A stretch of 64,000 nucleotides of DNA from a virus. The position numbers and the translations under genes were made by a program. Location: IMG/VR virus record IMGVR_UViG_3300031951_000014; one strand, written 5' to 3'. The number at the start of each line of letters is the position of its first letter. The first letter of the stretch is position 1. This document shows positions 1-8,919 of the stretch, piece after piece. Under the pieces are notes generated by a model that did not search any database, had not been told where the DNA came from, and was given only the letters and a program-made list of their open reading frames with translations.

Positions 1-1
1 T

Positions 2-37
2 TTCTTTCCACCTTTTTTCCCACCAGGATTTAAGTAA
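2..37 (+). CDS. 3' end of an upstream gene with a Pro/Phe repeat tail (partial)
   Basis: Frame from base 2 reads TTC TTT CCA CCT TTT TTC CCA CCA GGA TTT AAG TAA = FFPPFFPPGFK*. Truncated by the window edge. Confidence 0.55.
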   Translation, partial: FFPPFFPPGFK

Positions 38-63
38 AAATTAATTGTAAAGTAGGTTAAAGA

Positions 64-738
64 GTGATAACTAATTTAGCGGATATATGGAACTTAATTC
101 CTATATCCGCTTTTTTAGTTTGTTGTTTAATAATAAATTTATTACAAAATAATGAAAAATTTCTTCTAATATTTAGAAAAAATGGATCTATTAATCCAAA
201 AGAAAGTTATAGTTCTGGGCAATTAATACAAAGTGGTATAAGTTTTGTTATTGCAGTTGGTTGGATTTATTTAATAATTACACAGATTAGATTTGATGTT
301 TGGAGCAATATACCCATCAGAACATTAGGTTTAATGTATTTAGCTTCAGATATAATGGCTCTTGTTAAATCTGATAAATTACTTCAGAAGTCTACAAAGT
401 ATCATCATTATGGCGCCATAGCTATGGCTATTATGGCTTTATGTGTTGATTTTCAAGATTCAAATATTGGTCAACTTGGCGCATCGTACTGCTTTACGGC
501 TGCTGCAGCCTCATCAGTTAACGCCTACCTAGCTCTTAAACTTTACTATAAGGTAAGTTTATTAAAAATAATAGCCAAATATAATTATGCAGTTACCTTC
601 ACGATGAACATGACTTATCATATTTTGAATTGGCAAAAAAGTATAGCTGGATATATTTATCTTATAATTATAATTGGCCCAATATGGGCAGATATAACAC
701 TTTTAAAATCTTTATTCCGTAAAGAAAAATTACAATAA
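64..738 (+). CDS. Multi-pass membrane protein, TLC (TRAM/LAG1/CLN8)-like
   Basis: Several hydrophobic segments. YLASD...STKYHH resembles the Asp...His-His motif of TLC domains. Very AT-rich. Confidence 0.5.
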   Translation: MITNLADIWNLIPISAFLVCCLIINLLQNNEKFLLIFRKNGSINPKESYSSGQLIQSGISFVIAVGWIYLIITQIRFDVWSNIPIRTLGLMYLASDIMALVKSDKLLQKSTKYHHYGAIAMAIMALCVDFQDSNIGQLGASYCFTAAAASSVNAYLALKLYYKVSLLKIIAKYNYAVTFTMNMTYHILNWQKSIAGYIYLIIIIGPIWADITLLKSLFRKEKLQ

Positions 739-1365
739 TTTAGTTATTGTATAAAAAGAAGGAGTAGTATATCTTTCTCCTGAAAGTACTTTTTTTACTC
801 CATGAAGATAGTTAATATCTCCTGGATGAGCTACGGCAAGTCCGGGCTCAGGTTTAACTTCAAGAGCATGCTGAGGATAGTATAATTCTCCCCCAGTAAA
901 ATTATCATTGTAATAAATTAATGAATTTAAATCATATGTTGGGAATGGATTTGGTGATCCATCATTGAGCTGCTTGTCAGCATGAGGTTGCTGTTCAAGA
1001 CCAGGAAACCACCTTATAATAACAGGGGGTCTTACAGTTAGTTTGACTTTAAAATTGTCTTCTAAAAGCCATTTCATTTTTATAATGTATTTATCAACTA
1101 AATTGTATACATCTAAGTTAATTCTAGATAAAATTTCTCCACTACACTGACGATTCTGCCAGTAAGACGCATCATATGTGCAGGTCCCGTCTTCAGCATA
1201 TTTATTTTTTCCAGCATCCATCCATTCATTAATGGTTGGTAAAAATTTTTGTATTGTTTTTAAATCTTCTAATTCAACAAAATTTTTTACTATAAGAATA
1301 TTATCTTTTGAAGAACCAAAATGACCAGGTTCTACTAGAGATTTTTCTTCTGGTTGAAAATCCAT
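730..1365 (-). CDS. 2OG-Fe(II) oxygenase, prolyl 4-hydroxylase-like
   Basis: HAD, YYNDNFTGGEL, HGVKKV, ERYT: the HxD...H...R pattern. Confidence 0.9.
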   Translation of the reverse strand: MDFQPEEKSLVEPGHFGSSKDNILIVKNFVELEDLKTIQKFLPTINEWMDAGKNKYAEDGTCTYDASYWQNRQCSGEILSRINLDVYNLVDKYIIKMKWLLEDNFKVKLTVRPPVIIRWFPGLEQQPHADKQLNDGSPNPFPTYDLNSLIYYNDNFTGGELYYPQHALEVKPEPGLAVAHPGDINYLHGVKKVLSGERYTTPSFYTITKLL

Positions 1366-1391
1366 ATTTTGCTCCTCAGCTTATACTTATA

Positions 1392-1406
1392 TGATATAGT
1401 ATATCA
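1392..1406. promoter_or_regulatory. Palindromic, overlapping divergent extended -10 elements
   Basis: TGATATA-G-TATATCA reads TGATATAGT on + and TGATATACT on -. It sits between the divergent starts at 1365 (-) and 1441 (+). Confidence 0.6.
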
Positions 1407-1440
1407 CTAAACAATTTTACTGATCGAAAGAAGTCAAAAA

Positions 1441-2175
1441 ATGGAATTTTTTCATGTAGGAGCCTGCGCTAATCCAGAAGATAATAGAAAATTTGGGATC
1501 TATTTGTATAGAAACGCCATTCCAAGAGAGCTTAACATTCCAGAAAGATTAGAGGCAACTATCGGCAATAGTACGCATGATCTTTTTAAGTGGTCTGAAG
1601 CGATGGTAGGATATAATACAAAAATGCCAGACTACAGAGATTGTGTTGACCTAAAAATGAGTCCATCTCATTGGCAGTATCTTACCCCAGAATTTGAAGA
1701 AGTCAGAAAGTGTTATGAAGATGTTGAAACACATCTCAAAAAATGTCTGACTCACTATGAATCTCTCTACAATTTTAAAATGGACTACATGGAAGCTATT
1801 AACTTTGTAAGATATAACCCTGGTCAACACTTTGCTGTTCATGCAGATCATGGCTTTTCATACAGCTGTACTGTGTCTTCGGTGATATATTTAAATGATG
1901 ATTATGAGGGTGGGGAATTGTGGTTTCCATACTTAGATATCAATTTTAAACCTCAAGCCGGAGATATTATTCTCTTTCCATCAACTTTTATTTATGCACA
2001 TGCCTCCTTAAAAGTGACCAGTGGGACTAAATATTCAGCAGTTACAATGTTTGACTACAATGACAATAATCATAAATATGCCATTGGGTATACTGCTGAT
2101 GGTCCTGTGGTCAATCAAACTGCTGGAATAACAAAAGGCACAAACCAGCCTATAACCTACCCAATGCCAGGATGA
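1441..2175 (+). CDS. 2OG-Fe(II) oxygenase, prolyl 4-hydroxylase-like
   Basis: HADH, YLNDDYEGGELWF, FPS...YAH, GTKYS. Confidence 0.9.
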   Translation: MEFFHVGACANPEDNRKFGIYLYRNAIPRELNIPERLEATIGNSTHDLFKWSEAMVGYNTKMPDYRDCVDLKMSPSHWQYLTPEFEEVRKCYEDVETHLKKCLTHYESLYNFKMDYMEAINFVRYNPGQHFAVHADHGFSYSCTVSSVIYLNDDYEGGELWFPYLDINFKPQAGDIILFPSTFIYAHASLKVTSGTKYSAVTMFDYNDNNHKYAIGYTADGPVVNQTAGITKGTNQPITYPMPG

Positions 2176-2182
2176 GACACCC

Positions 2183-2797
2183 ATGTTAGAGAAAAACGAA
2201 CTACCAACGCTTCAAACATTTGAACAGTCTTTATATGACGTATCTATCAATTCTATTAATGGAGAAAAAGATATTTTATCAAGATATAAGGGTAAGGTTA
2301 CAATGATTACAAATGTAACAGGAGAGTGTGCTAATTCAGCCCAATACCCAATTATTGAATCTTTATATCATGAGTATAAAGATCAGGGTTTTGAAGTACT
2401 TGCAATACCAAGCACAGACTTTTGCGAATTTGCCTATGGAGAATTTGCTGATACAAGTGCAACAGCAGAAAATATGAGAGCACACATGCAGAATCACTAT
2501 AAAACAGATTTGCCATATACTGAAATGGTTACCATCAAAAAAGATGAAGATTCTGGATTAGCTCCACATAAGCTTTATGATATTCTTCAATATGGTGGGT
2601 TCCCAGCAAACGGTGGTCCAGTCCAAGGAAACTTTGAAAAGTTTATTATCTCTAGAGATGGAAAAAAAATGTTTAGATTTTGTAACTCAGATCTTCTTGA
2701 TCTAGCTTTTGACGCAGGAAATAGAAAAACTAATTCGCAACAGTCTTTAATTAATATTAAAGCAGCTATTGAGGTTCTTTTAGAAGAACTTGTTTAA
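2183..2797 (+). CDS. Glutathione peroxidase-like (GPx/BtuE family) protein
   Basis: YKGKVTMITNVTGEC, QY, GFEVLAIPS, GNFEKFII. Cys is at the peroxidatic position. Confidence 0.85.
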   Translation: MLEKNELPTLQTFEQSLYDVSINSINGEKDILSRYKGKVTMITNVTGECANSAQYPIIESLYHEYKDQGFEVLAIPSTDFCEFAYGEFADTSATAENMRAHMQNHYKTDLPYTEMVTIKKDEDSGLAPHKLYDILQYGGFPANGGPVQGNFEKFIISRDGKKMFRFCNSDLLDLAFDAGNRKTNSQQSLINIKAAIEVLLEELV

Positions 2798-2800
2798 TGT

Positions 2801-3505
2801 ATGACTAAAGTTACTTTAACAAAAACTCATCAAAATCCACCAGAAATAGTCCAATCACGTCTTAAAAGAGACTGGATGGATAATACCTATAAAAAACACG
2901 CCTATCAATGTCTCCCAGTCACAACCGCTAATGTCAGCGGGTGGGAGCTAATTCTTCCACAAGATGTAGTTGTGCAGTGGGATGGCGGCAACACCGTGCC
3001 AAAAATCCTAGAAGGAGAATTTTATAAAGATAGGCAGTTAGCATATGGGGGAATAGTAGGCATGGTTTCATTTTCGGTTGGTTGGGCTTTTGGTACGGAA
3101 GATGGTTATGAAACATATATTAGTGGTCCACCAAACTATAACATCGATGGAGCTTTTGCTCTTTCAGCTATAATTCCTTCAAGTTGGTGGCCAGATGAGT
3201 TCCAAATGAATTGGATGATTACTAAAATAAATGAGCCAGTCACTTTTTCTGCTGGAACACCATTTATGTTTTTTAATATCTTTAAAAGTAATGTTTTAGA
3301 ATCGGTTAAGTTTGAGGTAGACAATCTTTGGGATAAGCCAGATCTCATGGAGGCCAGACAAGCATACGGCGAAGAAAAAATGAGAAAAAATAGAGAAGAG
3401 CCCTGGACATGGATGAAGGGCATAAAAACTGGCTTAAATGAAAAGGGCGAAAGAATAGGCCCAGCAAATTCTGGTTTAATAAAATTAGAAAATCCAAAAA
3501 TTTAA
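2801..3505 (+). CDS. DUF6065-like protein
   Basis: RDWMD...HAYQCLP..AN..GW, GPPN, F.MNW, F..G.PF motifs. Confidence 0.7.
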   Translation: MTKVTLTKTHQNPPEIVQSRLKRDWMDNTYKKHAYQCLPVTTANVSGWELILPQDVVVQWDGGNTVPKILEGEFYKDRQLAYGGIVGMVSFSVGWAFGTEDGYETYISGPPNYNIDGAFALSAIIPSSWWPDEFQMNWMITKINEPVTFSAGTPFMFFNIFKSNVLESVKFEVDNLWDKPDLMEARQAYGEEKMRKNREEPWTWMKGIKTGLNEKGERIGPANSGLIKLENPKI

Positions 3506-3523
3506 ACATAAAATTTTACAGAT

Positions 3524-3536
3524 ATTTATTACTATT
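3524..3536 (+). promoter_or_regulatory. Putative phage promoter motif ATTTATTACTAT
   Basis: Intergenic. The same 12-mer occurs at 10612-10623, and the TTACTATA core recurs at 10920 and 14613. Confidence 0.5.
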
Positions 3537-3568
3537 AAGCTAACGTTATAACTAAAAAGTGAGGAAGA

Positions 3569-3820
3569 ATGGATTTTTCATTAATTTCAAATTCAGAAAA
3601 AAAGAAGAGCGCAGAAACAGCACTCCGCAACGTTGAAGACGACTTGTATAGACTGATTCATCAACTTGGAGAAGACCCTGAAACATTTAATCCAAGCACC
3701 TTTGTCTTTGACTCATCCTCTTCTGCAGAAGAAGATAGAGACTTTGCGATCAAGAGAGACATTAGCGCTAATTTAACAAAATTAACCACTCTAAAAGCAA
3801 AAATACAACAACTTTCGTAA
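3569..3820 (+). CDS. Small hypothetical protein (LG-x-DP paralog 1)
   Basis: GAGG RBS; motif EDDLYRLIHQLGEDPE. Confidence 0.75.
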   Translation: MDFSLISNSEKKKSAETALRNVEDDLYRLIHQLGEDPETFNPSTFVFDSSSSAEEDRDFAIKRDISANLTKLTTLKAKIQQLS

Positions 3821-3829
3821 GGGAGAGAC

Positions 3830-4048
3830 ATGCAAAACGTGAGTTCAGCGGAATTGCTTTCTGTAAAAAATAAAGCTATTTCATATTTAGAAAAATCAAT
3901 ATATATGTTGGCTGTTCTTTTGGGGATTGATCCAGATAATGTTTCTTCATCTATGCAAAAACCAGCTGAGATTGTAGGCGCTAATCAAGAATTAGCTTTT
4001 GAATCGTTAATTAACCAAGTTACAGTTCTTGAGAACTTAAAAGGCTAA
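3830..4048 (+). CDS. Small hypothetical protein (LG-x-DP paralog 2)
   Basis: GGAG RBS; motif EKSIYMLAVLLGIDPD. Confidence 0.75.
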   Translation: MQNVSSAELLSVKNKAISYLEKSIYMLAVLLGIDPDNVSSSMQKPAEIVGANQELAFESLINQVTVLENLKG

Positions 4049-4054
4049 TAAAAT

Positions 4055-4249
4055 ATGTCAAATCCAAATATAAACGAAAAAGAATTCGTCACCCAAGTAG
4101 AAGAAAAAAACAATTATGCAGTGTATTCTAAGGATGATGGTACTTTTATGTTTAACGATGGTGCGATTGTCCAATGTGCAGGCCTTGCCTCACCAGTGGC
4201 GCTACTGACAGATAACGGTCTTCACATAGAAGACCAAGATTTAGTATAG
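4055..4249 (+). CDS. Small hypothetical protein
   Basis: 64-aa ORF tightly packed in the operon. Confidence 0.6.
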   Translation: MSNPNINEKEFVTQVEEKNNYAVYSKDDGTFMFNDGAIVQCAGLASPVALLTDNGLHIEDQDLV

Positions 4250-4262
4250 GAATAGGATTTTT

Positions 4263-4574
4263 ATGGCGTTCAATGCTCAAGAAAATATAAGCTATATAGA
4301 AAAGCAACTAGCATACTTTATGTTTATGGTTGGGTTAGATCCGGAATCATTAGATTCAGTAACAATTGACGAGTTGCTGTCCGCAGCAAGAAGCTTATCA
4401 AAAGTTGATAGGGAAAATTCATCCGCATTTTATATTAATGAAACTCAAAACAGTATTTTTGCAGGCACACCAGAAGATGTTTTCTTGAAGCATCAAAGAA
4501 TGTTCCTAATTCTAAACATTAGAAGATTTTGGTATTGGCGTCAACTAGCAATAGGAGCTTTAAACCGTGAATAA
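4263..4574 (+). CDS. Small hypothetical protein (LG-x-DP paralog 3)
   Basis: AGGA RBS; motif EKQLAYFMFMVGLDPE. Confidence 0.75.
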   Translation: MAFNAQENISYIEKQLAYFMFMVGLDPESLDSVTIDELLSAARSLSKVDRENSSAFYINETQNSIFAGTPEDVFLKHQRMFLILNIRRFWYWRQLAIGALNRE

Positions 4575-5274
4575 TAATGATAAACTTTATTATGATAGAT
4601 TAGAAAAACTTGTTAAATACAAAGCGCTTGAAATTCAGGGCACACTTGACGTATCTAGAAAAGTAAATGACTATCTCACTACTCTTCCAATAGATAAAAG
4701 AAGAGAAGCAATTGGTAGAGATCTTGTTACTTGGTTTTTTGAAGTTTTTTCAGCAGAAGACTCCGTCTGGAATGATAGTTTTGTTTCAGAATACACTTCA
4801 TCATATGTAGAAATGTTATTCTTGGCAGCAAAGCCCACAAAAACACTGATGAGTAATCCAGCGTTTAATTATACTATCGCTAAATTAATGAATTCAACAA
4901 CAGATCTTACATTTATCAATAATTATCAATTAGATTACTTAGAACACTGCTTGGCGGATGATAACGTTTCCTGGGATTACCAAACAAAATCAATGCAAGA
5001 TGTTGAAAGTGGAACCCTTGGTAAATTTGATTTTATTTTTATAACTGAGTTTGACATTTTCCATGATATATCTCTTATAGAAAATTTCTGTGAGGCATTA
5101 AATCCTGGTGCCACTATGGTCGTATCGCATACAAATGATGACTTAAGAGTTTACGCTTCTGATAGCGAATATACTCCAGCATATGAGTTACACCAAATAG
5201 TAAAATCAATATCAGGTCTTAATGTGTATCACATTCCAACTGCGCCTGGGCATACTGTAATCATCAAGGACTAA
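4567..5274 (+). CDS. Class I SAM-methyltransferase-like protein, possibly degenerate
   Basis: C-terminal FDFIFI...LNPGATMVV...G.TVIIK pattern. No clear GxGxG motif I. Confidence 0.5.
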   Translation: MNNNDKLYYDRLEKLVKYKALEIQGTLDVSRKVNDYLTTLPIDKRREAIGRDLVTWFFEVFSAEDSVWNDSFVSEYTSSYVEMLFLAAKPTKTLMSNPAFNYTIAKLMNSTTDLTFINNYQLDYLEHCLADDNVSWDYQTKSMQDVESGTLGKFDFIFITEFDIFHDISLIENFCEALNPGATMVVSHTNDDLRVYASDSEYTPAYELHQIVKSISGLNVYHIPTAPGHTVIIKD

Positions 5275-5280
5275 TCTTAT

Positions 5281-5958
5281 ATGATAGTCATTGATGACTA
5301 TATAAAAGACAAAAATCTTCTAAAAGAAATAGAAAACACAAAAGATTTTTTTCCTATTTCAATGGGCAATGAAGATCGAATAGCTTCTGAATTAAATAGC
5401 TATCATAGTGAGCAGGCCGACTGCTATGCACCCTACATGTTTTGGGATGGTTGGCATAAATCTCCTGCAAATACAGCAAGAAAAAAAGTTATTCAAGCAA
5501 TTTGGGAAAACAATCTTCCATTCCCTATTGAAGAATTATGTGGTTTTGAATACTGGACAAGAACCTTTAAGCCAGGTCAATATTTAGGAACTCACGTTGA
5601 CGAAGATACGTTTCTTTATGCAGATACCAAGATATTCAGAGGGCCTAAAACAGGCTGTGTTTATTATCCAGATTTTAATGAAGTTGTAGGTGGATTTTTG
5701 GAATTGCATCCAACCGCAGTTTCTGAAGAAACACATAATGCGCTAGAGATGGAGAATATAGAACCACTTATAGTGCCGATTGAACTTAGGGAAAGAATAG
5801 CCTGTAAACCAAATAGGTTAATTATTTTTGACGCAGGTCATATAATTCATAACACTACACCCCCTTTAACTGGAGTCCGTCGCGTTATGGTGATCAATGT
5901 TTGGCATAAGGACAGTATTCCTACGGCTTTGTCTACAGGGAAGTTTTATTACGAATAA
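5281..5958 (+). CDS. 2OG-Fe(II) oxygenase
   Basis: GFEYWT, HVDED, GGFLEL, PNRLIIFDAGHIIH, RRVMVINVW. Confidence 0.85.
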   Translation: MIVIDDYIKDKNLLKEIENTKDFFPISMGNEDRIASELNSYHSEQADCYAPYMFWDGWHKSPANTARKKVIQAIWENNLPFPIEELCGFEYWTRTFKPGQYLGTHVDEDTFLYADTKIFRGPKTGCVYYPDFNEVVGGFLELHPTAVSEETHNALEMENIEPLIVPIELRERIACKPNRLIIFDAGHIIHNTTPPLTGVRRVMVINVWHKDSIPTALSTGKFYYE

Positions 5959-5962
5959 TTTA

Positions 5963-5971
5963 TGATATAAT
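5963..5971 (+). promoter_or_regulatory. Extended -10 promoter (TGATATAAT), likely leaderless transcript
   Basis: Exact TGnTATAAT ending 6 nt before the ATG at 5978, with no RBS. Confidence 0.65.
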
Positions 5972-5977
5972 CTTATT

Positions 5978-6298
5978 ATGTTAAATACAAGAGATAGTTT
6001 GGTTGGAAAATGGTCTGTAAAAGTTATCACACCATTTGGTGAATCTAAGGCAGATGTAATCCTTGATTCAACTGATCCATTTGTGACTGGTACAATAATT
6101 GGGGAAAATGGTTCCGTAGAATTCTCTAATGGCATAATAGATGGAAACAAGCTTAAACTTTCTGCGACAGTAGACACCCCAATAAAAGCGACTATTGCCG
6201 CTGAAGTTGAAATAAATGAATTCATCTTTCATGGTGTTTTAAAAATCGATGAATATATGGAAGTTAATATTACTGGTGAAAAAAATGTCAATATATAA
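5978..6298 (+). CDS. Hypothetical small beta-rich protein
   Basis: 106-aa ORF, GKWSVKVITPFG start, alternating beta-strand pattern. Confidence 0.7.
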   Translation: MLNTRDSLVGKWSVKVITPFGESKADVILDSTDPFVTGTIIGENGSVEFSNGIIDGNKLKLSATVDTPIKATIAAEVEINEFIFHGVLKIDEYMEVNITGEKNVNI

Positions 6299-6902
6299 AA
6301 TACCTGCTAACTCCATAGATGGAGAAGAAAACTTTTTATCAAAGTTTGATGGGATGTTAACTCTTATAGTAAACGTATCCACGAAAGCTGGTGGATATAC
6401 ACCCAAGTGCTCAAAAGTCTGGTCATATGCTAGAACATGTAGACAACTGTGGCAACTACAAAAAGTCCACGATGAATTTAAAGATAGAGGATTTTCTGTT
6501 CTAGCTTTTCCGAACAATCAATTTGCACAAATGGAACCAGGAACAAATGAAGAAATAAAGACTTTTGTTAAAGAACATTATCCATTTGTTACTTTTCCAT
6601 TTTTTGAAAAAGTTGATGTCAATGGAAAAAATGAACACCCATTATTTGCCGCACTTAAAGGCAATGAAAAAAGAAATTATTCTGACTTTACAGCAGATCA
6701 AAGTAATAAAGCAAAAGAAAACCAAAACCTTGCCGGGCAAGCTATTGCTAGAATTTCTCATGGTTATGAAAAATTTTTAGTAAGTAGAGATGGTATTATG
6801 GTTGCCAGATTTAACTGGCAAGACATGCCATTAGATGAAATACCAAGAGTTATGGGTGCTGGCTGGACAATACGAGAAGCAATAGACGAGATGTTGGGGT
6901 AA
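6285..6902 (+). CDS. Glutathione peroxidase-like protein with an atypical active site
   Basis: IVNVSTK, GFSVLAFPNNQFAQMEPG, VTFPFFEKVDVNG, HPLF, YEKFLV. The likely start is MSIY at 6285, not 6249. Confidence 0.85.
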   Translation: MSIYKIPANSIDGEENFLSKFDGMLTLIVNVSTKAGGYTPKCSKVWSYARTCRQLWQLQKVHDEFKDRGFSVLAFPNNQFAQMEPGTNEEIKTFVKEHYPFVTFPFFEKVDVNGKNEHPLFAALKGNEKRNYSDFTADQSNKAKENQNLAGQAIARISHGYEKFLVSRDGIMVARFNWQDMPLDEIPRVMGAGWTIREAIDEMLG

Positions 6903-6904
6903 AC

Positions 6905-7999
6905 ATGGAAAATAACCCAGTGGATAAATATATCAATAGTGTGGCCTTCCCAGTTACCCCAGATATTGATGATAGTATAATCGAAGAGATTGGCGAACTC
7001 CAAGTAGAAGTTCTAGGACCAGGTGTAATTGTTTTTAGAAACGCTTTTAATATAAATCAGCAAGTTATTTTAGATTATATTGATTCTAAAGCAGAGAAAG
7101 CACACGAAAATAGATGGGCTTATATTACCGCAGAAGATGGAAATGAGTATGGCATAAATGAAGATGGATTTAGATATAGGTTAGAGGATATCCCCTCAAC
7201 TCCAGTAAGGCTTCTGCATCCAGTAACTGATGAAACTCCACAAGAAGTAAAAGATTTTTTTCTTTATCTAGAAGAACAAAATTATAAATGTCTACTTAAA
7301 TATATAGATCATTATCCATTAATGTTGGGCAGTATTTGGTGGAAGAATAGAGGCCATGTTCTTAGATACGGTAATGGTGGCATCTTAGGGTGCCATGCTG
7401 ATAATGATACAAATTATAAAGTAACTAACGGTGTTCGATATATGCCAAGAGGCATGGTTGCATCAAGACAGACTTGTGGTTCACTTATTTATCTAAATGA
7501 CTGCGTTGACTCAGAAGAAGAGTTAAATGGCAGAAACTTCACAGGAGGCCATTTAAGATTTGTTCATTTAGGAATATCTTATAGCCCTAAAAAAGGAGAT
7601 ATTATATTTTTTCCAACAAATTTTGTTGCAGCCCACGATGTTGAAAGAATGGGCAAAGGAGTAAGATATAGCTATTTGTCCTTCTTTGGACAAGGCGCAG
7701 ATGATATCTCTGCTGGAATTGTCATATCAGAACCAGACCGAAGCTTTGAATGGTGCCCAGCAGTATGGCTTAACAATATCTATGATGACTATGAACGTTA
7801 CTGCAAGTCACCATACTCTATATATTCTAATCCAGAAAAATACAATGTTGAAATTGGCTGGAACCCAGTTTACCAAGGGCGAAATGTAGCACAGTATAAC
7901 ACTACCCACGAAGCGGTAGAGGTTAAAGAAGAGGCAACTGCTTCTGGCTCAGAAGATTTACCAGAAGGCCCATGCGGAACAGACCCAGTAAGAGTTTAG
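6905..7999 (+). CDS. 2OG-Fe(II) oxygenase (tandem paralog 1)
   Basis: WW...GH, HADND, YLNDCVDSE, GG, HDV, RYSYL. Confidence 0.85.
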   Translation: MENNPVDKYINSVAFPVTPDIDDSIIEEIGELQVEVLGPGVIVFRNAFNINQQVILDYIDSKAEKAHENRWAYITAEDGNEYGINEDGFRYRLEDIPSTPVRLLHPVTDETPQEVKDFFLYLEEQNYKCLLKYIDHYPLMLGSIWWKNRGHVLRYGNGGILGCHADNDTNYKVTNGVRYMPRGMVASRQTCGSLIYLNDCVDSEEELNGRNFTGGHLRFVHLGISYSPKKGDIIFFPTNFVAAHDVERMGKGVRYSYLSFFGQGADDISAGIVISEPDRSFEWCPAVWLNNIYDDYERYCKSPYSIYSNPEKYNVEIGWNPVYQGRNVAQYNTTHEAVEVKEEATASGSEDLPEGPCGTDPVRV

Positions 8000-8001
8000 C
8001 T

Positions 8002-8919
8002 ATGGGCACGAAAGAGATTAAACCACAACATCTTGGGATGGGGATAGTACTTTTCAAAAATGCTATTGATGTTGATGAGGATAAAATAATACCATTTATT
8101 GCATCTTTAAAGGAAAAAGCAATAAAAGATGATTATAAAATCATCTATGATGAAAATAAAAATCCACTGTATGCGATTAACAGAAGTGGTCATAGGTATA
8201 CTTTAGAGTCTATATACAATAGCTCTAGCCATATAATGGATTTCCTAAATAAGGATAGTGATCCATTTTTAATAAACTTCTTTGCTCAGTGCGAAAAAAC
8301 ATTCTACAGCAACTTACTTAGGTATGTAGAACTATTTCCTATGTTGCTTCCAAGCCTGTGGTGGAGAACGCAGGGCCATATTTTGGCTTATGGCCCAGGC
8401 AGTGCTATGGGACTCCACAGCGATAATGATGTCAATTACCAGCCAGGATTTGAACCTGATTGGCAGGTAGCCACAAGAAGTGTTGTTGGATCAATTATAT
8501 ATTTAAATTCTTCAGTAGAATCTAAAGATGAAATAAATAAGTATGAATACTTAAATGGGGAAATTTTTTTTCCATATGCAGATGTTGTATATAAACCAAA
8601 ATCAGGCGACTTACTAATGTTTCCGTCTAATTATTTAGGTTCTCACGCAATCAACCCATGCAATGAAGGCAGCAGATACGCATACATAGGGTACTTTTCC
8701 CAGGGTTCTCCACACCCAGATAGAGGAATAAATATAACTCACGGTGATATTCCGCCTGGTTTACAGGGTCAAGTATGGATGCCAGATGTAGTAAAGGATT
8801 ATGTTGAATATATAAAAAGTAAATACGATGAAGATAGCAAGGCTGCAAATGAGTTGTTAAAACCAACAACTAGAATGTATAATAGTTCTAATACTGTTAA
8901 GGAGTTAATGGGTGAATAA
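8002..8919 (+). CDS. 2OG-Fe(II) oxygenase (tandem paralog 2)
   Basis: WWRTQGH, HSDND, YLN, FPSNY.GSH, RYAYI. The likely start is MGTKE at 8002. Confidence 0.85.
   Translation: MGTKEIKPQHLGMGIVLFKNAIDVDEDKIIPFIASLKEKAIKDDYKIIYDENKNPLYAINRSGHRYTLESIYNSSSHIMDFLNKDSDPFLINFFAQCEKTFYSNLLRYVELFPMLLPSLWWRTQGHILAYGPGSAMGLHSDNDVNYQPGFEPDWQVATRSVVGSIIYLNSSVESKDEINKYEYLNGEIFFPYADVVYKPKSGDLLMFPSNYLGSHAINPCNEGSRYAYIGYFSQGSPHPDRGINITHGDIPPGLQGQVWMPDVVKDYVEYIKSKYDEDSKAANELLKPTTRMYNSSNTVKELMGE

Noticed and set aside
7972-8001. In-frame CGG at the start of predicted ORF 7972 (likewise ORFs 11837 and 46132)
   Set aside because: These CGGs are in upstream extensions that overlap the previous gene. The better starts (8002, 11870, 46159) lie downstream, so they are not counter-examples.
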